Positions 1-6,238 of a stretch of DNA of 30,482 nt are shown one piece after another (the first letter of the stretch is position 1; the number at the start of each line of letters is the position of its first letter). The DNA is taken from IMG/VR virus record IMGVR_UViG_3300010882_000007. One strand, written 5' to 3'. The notes under the pieces were generated by a model. The model saw nothing but the letters and a program-made list of their open reading frames with translations. It did not search any database and was not told where the DNA came from. The position numbers and the translations under genes are program-made. Source of the DNA: a virus.

Positions 1-271
1 AAAGTTTTCAAGTTAGTCAATCCACTCAACGCTGAAATATCAATTACTTCTGTGTAGGATAAATCCAAAGTTTTCAAGTTAGTCAATCCACTCAACGCTG
101 AAATATCAATTACTTCTGTGTAGCGTAAATCCAAAGTTTTCAAGTTAGTCAATCCACTCAACGCTGAAATATCAATTACTTTTGTGTAGGATAAATCCAA
201 AGTTTTCAAGTTAGTCAATCCACTCAACGCTGAAATATCAATTACTTTTGTGTAGCGTAAATCCAAAGTTT
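1..271. repeat. Tandem 66-bp repeat, 4 full units plus a partial unit (coding LRR units)
   Basis: Units start at 1, 67, 133 and 199, with a partial unit at 265. They are nearly identical at the DNA level. Variable positions are tgtgtagGAt versus tgtgtagCGt (Ser/Arg alternation) and acttCtg versus acttTtg (Glu/Lys). Confidence 0.95.
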
Positions 272-368
272 GCGATTTCCACTCAAATTTACCTGTTAGT
301 AAATTGCCGTCTTTGCAAAAAAAATTTACCTTTCCATTATTGATTTTATAACTTGTTGCTGTTTTCAT
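1..368 (-). CDS. Leucine-rich-repeat protein, N-terminal part; the gene crosses the contig junction and continues at 30366..29916
   Basis: Minus-strand ATG at 368..366, with AAGGAG 6 nt upstream (375..380). The frame stays open to position 1. Translation: MKTATSYKINNGKVNFFCKDGNLLTGKFEWKSQTLDLRYTKVIDISALSGLTNLKTLDLSYT..., i.e. 22-aa LxxLxxLxLxYTxVxDISxLSG units. Joining base 1 to base 30366 (justified by the 116-nt terminal identity) keeps the frame: 368+451 = 819 nt, 272 aa. Confidence 0.8.
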   Translation of the reverse strand, partial: MKTATSYKINNGKVNFFCKDGNLLTGKFEWKSQTLDLRYTKVIDISALSGLTNLKTLDLSYTKVIDISALSGLTNLKTLDLRYTEVIDISALSGLTNLKTLDLSYTEVIDISALSGLTNLKT

Positions 369-383
369 TTTTCGCTCCTTTTG

Positions 384-773
384 TTAAAATGCTAACTCTA
401 CAGTTAGTCTTTCGGATGATGTTTTTACTGTGTATTTCTCGGCGAGTTCTTTGTTCTCTTCTTTGAACTTCGAGCTGTCAAATCTTGACGAGAATACTAC
501 TTTACGAACTACTCTGTAATGCCCGTCCGTCGCTTCCAAATTGTCGCCGAGCCTTGCATAAATCGCTTCTTTAAGTGCGTCTTTCTTTTTCTCGAGGGTT
601 TTTATTTGGCTTGACACGTCATTATACATTGCCGCCAAAACCGACATCGGCTCTTCTTCTTGTTCTTTTGCACAATCGGTGCAATGCCAACCTGTCGGCG
701 ATACTCTCGCTCCTGTTTCGTCTGGTGTGATTATGCTTCCGCAATCACCGCATACTCTTTCTTCGTCTTTCAT
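384..773 (-). CDS. Zinc-ribbon protein with a possible Gp157-like C-terminal domain (recombination-associated accessory protein?)
   Basis: 129-aa ORF with GGGAGG 5 nt upstream of the ATG. N-terminus has CxxC...CxxC (CGDCGS...CTDCAK). A coiled-coil middle and the C-terminal ...SRFDSSKFKEENKELAEKYTVKTSSERLTV resemble, from memory, the Siphovirus Gp157 family, which often accompanies phage annealases. Not verified by search. Confidence 0.4.
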   Translation of the reverse strand: MKDEERVCGDCGSIITPDETGARVSPTGWHCTDCAKEQEEEPMSVLAAMYNDVSSQIKTLEKKKDALKEAIYARLGDNLEATDGHYRVVRKVVFSSRFDSSKFKEENKELAEKYTVKTSSERLTVELAF

Positions 774-809
774 TTTAACCTCCCGAGGTTTTTAATTGGT
801 TTATTTTGT
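768..809. repeat. 42-bp perfect direct repeat, copy 1 (partner at 1420..1461)
   Basis: tttcattttaacctcccgaggtttttaattggtttattttgt occurs identically at both sites. On the minus strand it reads ACAAAATAAACCAATTAAAAACCTCGGGAGGTTAAAATGAAA, i.e. an RBS plus a start codon. Confidence 0.95.
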
Positions 810-1281
810 TTAAAAAAATTTTGGCGCTTTGTAAATAATCATCCTCTTTATTCAATACTTTTTTAAGCACCTCTATCGCTATAGCTTCCCTTATAGTTGC
901 TCCTTTAACTCCCTTGTAATAATCCTCTATTTGTTTTAAAGTTCTTTCTTTGGGTAAACATCCGACTAACTCTAAAACTTTTTTTTCGATACTCGATTTA
1001 TTTTTACTTTGTTTTTTCGATAGGGGATTGGCGATATTTGTTTTTTTCTTTTTGCAAAAACTCCAAAACATTTCCTCGGTATCGCAGTTTTCACATTCAT
1101 AACCCCATTTATCGCAACAAACACGAATTATAACATCGCACCCGTTCCATTCAAACCAAGTATTTAGTCTATTCCCTGCAATTTTTAGCAAATCGTTGTC
1201 GCTGACGCCTAATTGTTTCTTAACAATGTCCGAAGCGCAAAAATTACCCTGAAAATATGCATACGCTTTGATTGCTATCAT
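775..1281 (-). CDS. Hypothetical Cys-rich protein
   Basis: 168-aa ORF with GAGGTG 5 nt upstream of the ATG. It has a Cys cluster (CCDKWGYECENCD) and a basic linker. Its last 12 codons lie inside copy 1 of the 42-bp repeat. No family recognised. Confidence 0.75.
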   Translation of the reverse strand: MIAIKAYAYFQGNFCASDIVKKQLGVSDNDLLKIAGNRLNTWFEWNGCDVIIRVCCDKWGYECENCDTEEMFWSFCKKKKTNIANPLSKKQSKNKSSIEKKVLELVGCLPKERTLKQIEDYYKGVKGATIREAIAIEVLKKVLNKEDDYLQSAKIFLNKINQLKTSGG

Positions 1282-1290
1282 TTGCGCACC

Positions 1291-1425
1291 TCACAATCGC
1301 TTATCAGTGTAGCAAGGATGGCAGATAGTCCCGCTTAACCTCGGGAGTAAAAGCGTATGCATTACCCGCCATCCTTGCATTGTTGATTTTGTTCGACACG
1401 GAAAACACCGTTGATTTTTTTTCAT
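1291..1425 (-). CDS. Possible 44-aa ORF (MKKNQRCFPCRTKSTMQGWRVMHTLLLPRLSGTICHPCYTDKRL)
   Basis: Its start and RBS are supplied by copy 2 of the 42-bp repeat. Its stop lies 7 nt before the next gene's ATG. It is short, and an 11-bp inverted repeat sits inside it, so the region may be an RNA element rather than a gene. Confidence 0.3.
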   Translation of the reverse strand: MKKNQRCFPCRTKSTMQGWRVMHTLLLPRLSGTICHPCYTDKRL

Positions 1426-1461
1426 TTTAACCTCCCGAGGTTTTTAATTGGTTTATTTTGT
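1420..1461. repeat. 42-bp perfect direct repeat, copy 2
   Basis: Identical to 768..809. Confidence 0.95.
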
Positions 1462-2014
1462 CAGTGAATTATTGTGTTTTTACATACTCCTATCCCCCGA
1501 CGAAAAGAAAATACGTTATTTCCCATAATTGATATTATGTAAAACGGTAAAAAATCCATAGATTACACTTATTTTCGGTAGATTGCACTGAAAACATCTG
1601 TTTTATGCGAAAAACCTACTTATTCCCCTTGAATTATGTAGAATTTACAAGAACATAAAGATTTTAGTTGACTTTGTTGATACAACAGACGGAATATATT
1701 TTAACGTAAGATATGTTTTGCCGAAAAAGAAAAAAAGAAAAATCTTTAAATTTATAAAAATAAAATGCAATGCGGAGCGAAGCGAAGTCGAGGCAGTTTA
1801 TTATAAAAAATATTTTCTTTTTATTTTATTTTTAATTTTATTATTTCTTTTTTTATATGGATTGTTGATGTGAATCAACAAGGCGCGCACATCCCCAAGC
1901 GCCCGCTATTGATTAACTTAGTTATATCAATATCACACACGCACATGTGCCGCACATCTGCCGCACATGTACGCACACGAGAAAAAATCTGTTTTTTGTC
2001 CAATAAAACCCTCC
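1462..2014. promoter_or_regulatory. Large noncoding control region: candidate origin, packaging site or early promoter/operator region
   Basis: No ORF of 60 aa or more in any frame. Contents: GATTACACT/GATTGCACT direct repeats (1561, 1581); an extreme A/T tract 1725..1860 interrupted by a GC island at 1767..1796; hairpin ttgttgat-gtga-atcaacaa (1862..1881); tattgat/atcaata inverted repeat (1907..1913, 1926..1932); and 11-bp iterons at 1940..1980. Confidence 0.5.
1940..1980. repeat. Four phased iterons, CGCACA(T/C), with 11, 11 and 10 bp spacing
   Basis: CGCACA starts at 1940, 1951, 1962 and 1972 within cgcacatgtgc/cgcacatctgc/cgcacatgta/cgcacacga. The first and third units contain the palindrome CACATGTG/ACATGT. 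Confidence 0.85.
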
Positions 2015-2263
2015 TTATATTTTATTCTTTTCCAAAACTTTCATAATTAACTCAACACGTTTCATTGCGTCTTTATTTCCGACTATCGAAGCGTGCAGTA
2101 TTACACTGTCAACCGATATGTTTCGACTGTTCCTTTTATCGTTCCCTCGTATAGATTGTAGCGTGCCATTATCGCACCACCTTTTTATAGTGTCGCGTGA
2201 AACACCTAAAATATTAGCCGCAGACAACGGGTTAATCATTTTTACGTTTCCTCTTATGCTCAT
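2015..2263 (-). CDS. Helix-turn-helix DNA-binding protein (MerR/excisionase-type HTH)
   Basis: LSAANILGVSRDTIKRWCDNGTLQSIR matches the HTH_17/excisionase-like pattern. The better start is probably the ATG at 2239 (MINPLSAAN...), which has AGAGGAA upstream. It is the first gene of the leftward arm, divergent from the rightward structural arm. Confidence 0.7.
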   Translation of the reverse strand: MSIRGNVKMINPLSAANILGVSRDTIKRWCDNGTLQSIRGNDKRNSRNISVDSVILHASIVGNKDAMKRVELIMKVLEKNKI

Positions 2264-2296
2264 AATTTGCCCTATATTTAATAATCTTTTGCACTA

Positions 2297-2322
2297 CGTA
2301 AATATTTACAAGGAGATAAATT
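2297..2322 (+). promoter_or_regulatory. Variant copy of the conserved upstream motif; contains the perfect 12-bp palindrome GTAAATATTTAC
   Basis: cGTAAATATTTACAAGGAGataaatt, followed by the TTG start at 2323. Located in the divergent 59-bp intergenic region between the HTH gene and the rightward arm. Confidence 0.55.
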
Positions 2323-2775
2323 TTGATAAAAAAAGAAACAAAAAAAGGTTATAAAATAGATAAAATAGAAGTCGAAGAAAAAGACAATAAGCCAAACGTG
2401 CCAAAAAAGCCTCAAATATCCTTGAATTTGGAAGCTCACGATAAAAATAATACTGTGGCATTATTCAAAGAAATAAAGAACGCGAAAATGGCTTCGGATT
2501 TATTCTTGTCGGATAAAGCCTTAATCGAAAAATACCCGCTCGAAGTTTTAATCATTGAAATCGAAGCCGCACAAGAATTATGCAAGGCTCGGAAAGATAT
2601 ATACGGCAATGAAGACCCCGACATAAAAACGTGGCACGCGCTCCATATCACTAAAATAAAATACTTGCACAAATCGGCAGAAGCAATCGACACCGACACT
2701 ATAACAACGTTTTCGGCTAACGATATTGTTAAAGCCCTGAAATATTATACACCAATAAAATATACGGAAAATTAA
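2323..2775 (+). CDS. Hypothetical protein; small terminase subunit suggested by position only
   Basis: 150-aa ORF with a TTG start and AAGGAG 7 nt upstream. It has a basic N-terminus and lies upstream of the large terminase. No family motif recognised. Confidence 0.35.
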   Translation: MIKKETKKGYKIDKIEVEEKDNKPNVPKKPQISLNLEAHDKNNTVALFKEIKNAKMASDLFLSDKALIEKYPLEVLIIEIEAAQELCKARKDIYGNEDPDIKTWHALHITKIKYLHKSAEAIDTDTITTFSANDIVKALKYYTPIKYTEN

Positions 2776-2776
2776 A

Positions 2777-2869
2777 ATGGATGCGATTATTTTTACCCTG
2801 ACAGCGTCATACGGAACACTCATCGTTGCCATTATAATATCGCACTTTGTGAAAGAAAAGGAGGAATAA
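2777..2869 (+). CDS. Possible 30-aa single-TM peptide (MDAIIFTLTASYGTLIVAIIISHFVKEKEE)
   Basis: The ATG is 1 nt after the preceding stop. Hydrophobic core, weak RBS, very short. Confidence 0.2.
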   Translation: MDAIIFTLTASYGTLIVAIIISHFVKEKEE

Positions 2870-2873
2870 TAAT

Positions 2874-3017
2874 ATGCCTGTGAAAAAAAATACACAAACA
2901 GGAGGCTACAAATGGGGCAATGCGGGAACTGTGAATAAACTCACAAAAGAGCAAGCAAAAGCTGTTGAGCGCGCCGCATTCGCAAACGGATATATGGGAA
3001 AAGGAAAAAGCAAGTGA
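2874..3017 (+). CDS. Small basic hypothetical protein (47 aa)
   Basis: AAGGAGG 8 nt upstream of the ATG. Sequence: MPVKKNTQTGGYKWGNAGTVNKLTKEQAKAVERAAFANGYMGKGKSK. Below the ORF-track length cutoff. Confidence 0.5.
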   Translation: MPVKKNTQTGGYKWGNAGTVNKLTKEQAKAVERAAFANGYMGKGKSK

Positions 3018-3089
3018 ATTGTATTCATTACTCATCACACTACAATGCCTGTGCCTGCACCGATAAATTTACGGTAAGCATAATCACGT

Positions 3090-4571
3090 GTGTCGGCAAA
3101 GAAAATTGTCCATCATACACAGAGCAGAAAAATGCTTGACAAAATCAAGGCATATATGCACGAAAAGTGGAAGTTTACATCGATGAAGCTTCACGATGGG
3201 CAATTATCCGCAATTTATAAATTTACCGAGCAATACGACGACAAAAGTATGATTGCTGTTTCGAGCGGAAATAACTTCGGTAAAACCCATCTGATGTGTT
3301 CGATAATCATAAATATGTGTTATCCGCCAGAGTTTCGCACATTCACCTGCCCACTGTTCGACGACTACGACCGAAAGAAAGCGAACGGCGACGAAATCGG
3401 AATTTGGGTAATCGGCACAATGGAAAACTTTAAACCGTCGGGCGCTATTTATTTAGAAATGAAAAAGCTTGACCCGACCTGCGACATCCGTTTCAGAGAC
3501 AGACTGCTGATAATCAACGGGCAAACTATCACACTTAAAACTCACGACCAGTCTGTTGACCAGTTCGCGGGACCAAGATTGTTTGCCATTTTCTCGGACG
3601 AACCGATGAAAGAGCCGATATTTCACGAATGCAACCTGCGACTTACCGACCCGAGCAACGCAAATAAGTTTATGCTGTTCTTTACGCCCGTTTCAAACAG
3701 AGCTACATATATGGCTGATTATATGGAAGAGCCTGATTGGCTTTGGATAAAAGGCAGTATATACGACAACCCGCACTCAACGCCCAAGCAAATAGCCAAG
3801 ATTGAGCGCATAGTAGCGATTAATCCCGACGAGAAAGAGGCGCGCTTCTTCGGAAACTTCAGAAAGTTTAGCGGACGCGTATTTAAGACGTTTAACCCGA
3901 CCGAACACGTTATCCCATCCTTGCCGCCCGATTTATACAATTATTACGTGTCGATTGACCCGCACGATGTCAAATCTTGCTTTGCCATACTTTGGGCGGT
4001 TAATCTGCACGGGCAAAAAATAGCCATTGATTGCTTCCCGCAAAAACCGTGGAACCAAATAAAAAGCGACCAGCTCGACGTTCGCCAACAGGTTGACGCA
4101 ATAAATGAGATGGCATACAAGCACGGTGTGCAGGATTTCAAGGTTTACGGCGACCCGATATACTACAATATGAAGCGTTCACACCTCGACGGGAAATACA
4201 CGCTTGCAGAAAACTTTGCACGCGCAGGAATGCCGATAATAACCGCGCCCGTCGCCACACTTTGGGAAGACGGAATACAGGCAATAAACGAGCATTTGCA
4301 CTACTGCGAAGATTATTTGCCAATGCTTTTTGTTTGTGAAGAAGCAAAAAACGTTATCGACGCACTCATACGCTTCTCGTGGAAGACAAACGAACCGTCT
4401 GCGCGCACCGCAATTTCGGCGAACATTGAAGCCGAATGGGAATGTCCGATTTCGGCAATTCGCTTTTTGCTGACAGCCGACCCTGCAATACCGCGAGATG
4501 TGTATAACTACATCCCCGAACTCAAAAAACCTTACGACAACAAAAAAACCGAGCCATTCTCAAGATTGTAA
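3090..4571 (+). CDS. terL: Terminase large subunit
   Basis: Walker A-like SSGNNFGKTH, Walker B-like RLFAIFSDEP, and C-terminal nuclease-like acidic motifs (YYVSIDPHD, KVYGDP). Size 493 aa. The start is uncertain: GTG 3090 or ATG 3132, neither with a good RBS. Confidence 0.8.
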   Translation: MSAKKIVHHTQSRKMLDKIKAYMHEKWKFTSMKLHDGQLSAIYKFTEQYDDKSMIAVSSGNNFGKTHLMCSIIINMCYPPEFRTFTCPLFDDYDRKKANGDEIGIWVIGTMENFKPSGAIYLEMKKLDPTCDIRFRDRLLIINGQTITLKTHDQSVDQFAGPRLFAIFSDEPMKEPIFHECNLRLTDPSNANKFMLFFTPVSNRATYMADYMEEPDWLWIKGSIYDNPHSTPKQIAKIERIVAINPDEKEARFFGNFRKFSGRVFKTFNPTEHVIPSLPPDLYNYYVSIDPHDVKSCFAILWAVNLHGQKIAIDCFPQKPWNQIKSDQLDVRQQVDAINEMAYKHGVQDFKVYGDPIYYNMKRSHLDGKYTLAENFARAGMPIITAPVATLWEDGIQAINEHLHYCEDYLPMLFVCEEAKNVIDALIRFSWKTNEPSARTAISANIEAEWECPISAIRFLLTADPAIPRDVYNYIPELKKPYDNKKTEPFSRL

Positions 4572-4594
4572 ATATTTGTAGGGAGAAATTATAA
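4565..4594 (+). promoter_or_regulatory. Conserved upstream motif copy
   Basis: aTTGTAAATATTTGTAGGGAGaaattataa, then ATG at 4595. The terL stop codon (4569..4571) is the TAA inside the motif. Confidence 0.6.
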
Positions 4595-6238
4595 ATGAAT
4601 ATATCCACATTAGCCGACTTACAGAACTTCAGAAATCAGGTAAATATAGGCGTTAGTTTTGCAGGGCAGACTATTACACTGCTAAATGACATTTGGATGC
4701 CCAACACGACACCTTGGATACCGATAGCGAACAGGTCAGGAGACGGCGGGTTTAACGGAACATTTGACGGCGGCGGATTTACAATATCGGGCGTATTCGT
4801 TCCGCAGAATGTCGGAGGGGCAACCAATAGATTTGGGCTGTTCGGACTTATCGCCCCTGAGGGAAATGTTCAACGTCTGACAGTATCAGGCACAATCAAT
4901 GGAGCTTCGCACATCGGATTTATCGCAGGGGAGAACCGAGGAGTTATTGACCACTGCTCAGCTTCGGGAAATATCGGAGGCGGTAGCCGTGTCGGTTCAA
5001 TCTGCGGATTAAATAGCGGTGAAATTATTCGTTGCCGAGCTACTGGAGTTATCGGAAGCGTCAATGACCAATATCTCGGAGGAATTGCAGGCGCGTCATC
5101 GGGAATAATTGAGGAAAGCTACGTCGTAAACTCCACAATGACAGGATTTCAATTCGTCGGCGGATTGGTTGGAGAACACAGCGGCGGATATATCGAAAAC
5201 TGCTACACTCGTGCAAATATCACATCTCAGGCAGGCGGCGGATTTATCGGCGGGTTTGCGGGCTCATCGCTCGCTCCAATAAATAATTGCTACGCAACGG
5301 GCACAGTCCCCGCGGCAGGCGTTAATTTTGTCGGACTGTTTGCAGGGCAGACGTCAGGCTTCGGGCACGTTTCGGCGTCATACGCAATAACACGCGCAAC
5401 ATTGCCGTTTATCGCGCAGAATGTAGTTTCTCCCAACCCTGCCGACGGAAGACGTTCAGAGGGACAAATGCGCACGCAAAGCACATTTAGCGGATGGAAT
5501 TTCAATTGGATTTGGCAAATGCCGCCGAATAACTCGATAAATGACGGTTTCCCCATCTTGGACATCGATTTTGACCCTCCGCAACCTAACGATTACCCGC
5601 TCGTTATCACAAAGCACGTGATAGGCGGAGTTGCACCAAATCAGGATTTCACAATTAGAGTGTCGATAAACGGCACTCCACAGCCTGCGTTTACTCTGCG
5701 CAACGGGCAATCGAGAGTATTCGATTTGGCAGTTGGCGACACTTTCACCGTGTCGGAGGATAAAATAGCAGGATTTGACCCGCAGATAACACCAAGTAGC
5801 GGCACAATGCAAGCGGGCGGAGCTCAGGTGGATGTAAACAATGTGATGTATCCGCTTCCGCAAACGCTCACCATCAGCAAGTTAGTGTCGGGCGGAGTGG
5901 ACACGACCACACAGTTTGAGATACACGTATATATCGGTTCTGGCGCCGCACCGTCGGAAGTTATATTCTTGCGGCACGGCGAAAGCTACTCTATGCAAGT
6001 GCTTGAGAACACATCGTATTTTGTCGATGAAGTGCCAAACCCCAATTTTAGAACCACTATTCATAATCAATCAGGGGTTATGCCTGCAGTCGGAAATTAT
6101 GTTCTTGTTGATAACTTTTTAATCCCGCCTGCGCCGACAAAGCCGCCGTTTCCTGACAGCACGGACTTTGAAGTTGTTCCGCGCACGTTCTCGGTGCCGT
6201 ATTGGAGTAATTTGTCAAACATTTTGGAGGTAGAGTAA
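4595..6238 (+). CDS. GLUG-motif repeat protein with two C-terminal Ig-like (Cna-B/SpaA-like) domains; putative adhesin, tail fibre or receptor-binding protein
   Basis: Repeated GG(I/L/F)(A/V)G..SG.I..CY..G.V units (e.g. GGIAGASSGIIEESY, GGLVGEHSGGYIENCY, GGFAGSSLAPINNCY) follow an F.GTFDGGGFTISG lead-in, which is the GLUG-motif architecture. Two similar modules of about 85 aa follow (ITKHVIGGVAPNQDFTIRV..., ISKLVSGGVDTTTQFEIHV...). Confidence 0.65.
   Translation: MNISTLADLQNFRNQVNIGVSFAGQTITLLNDIWMPNTTPWIPIANRSGDGGFNGTFDGGGFTISGVFVPQNVGGATNRFGLFGLIAPEGNVQRLTVSGTINGASHIGFIAGENRGVIDHCSASGNIGGGSRVGSICGLNSGEIIRCRATGVIGSVNDQYLGGIAGASSGIIEESYVVNSTMTGFQFVGGLVGEHSGGYIENCYTRANITSQAGGGFIGGFAGSSLAPINNCYATGTVPAAGVNFVGLFAGQTSGFGHVSASYAITRATLPFIAQNVVSPNPADGRRSEGQMRTQSTFSGWNFNWIWQMPPNNSINDGFPILDIDFDPPQPNDYPLVITKHVIGGVAPNQDFTIRVSINGTPQPAFTLRNGQSRVFDLAVGDTFTVSEDKIAGFDPQITPSSGTMQAGGAQVDVNNVMYPLPQTLTISKLVSGGVDTTTQFEIHVYIGSGAAPSEVIFLRHGESYSMQVLENTSYFVDEVPNPNFRTTIHNQSGVMPAVGNYVLVDNFLIPPAPTKPPFPDSTDFEVVPRTFSVPYWSNLSNILEVE

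Noticed and set aside
1-271. Regularly spaced 66-bp repeats at both window ends could be mistaken for a CRISPR array.
   Set aside because: The units are contiguous with no unique spacers. They lie in one long open reading frame, translate to canonical 22-aa leucine-rich repeats, and have an RBS and ATG at 368. This is a coding tandem repeat.
1312-1378. Considered whether the 67-nt hairpin region is a tRNA or tRNA-like gene.
   Set aside because: An 11-bp terminal stem, no D or T arm geometry, and no GTTCxAxxC T-loop box. It does not fit a cloverleaf. No other tRNA-like sequence was seen in the window.
2015-2263. Considered calling a lysogeny module (repressor or excisionase) and therefore a temperate phage.
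   Set aside because: A single MerR/excisionase-type HTH, with no integrase, no CI/Cro pair and no att-like flanks, is insufficient. Lifestyle is left open.
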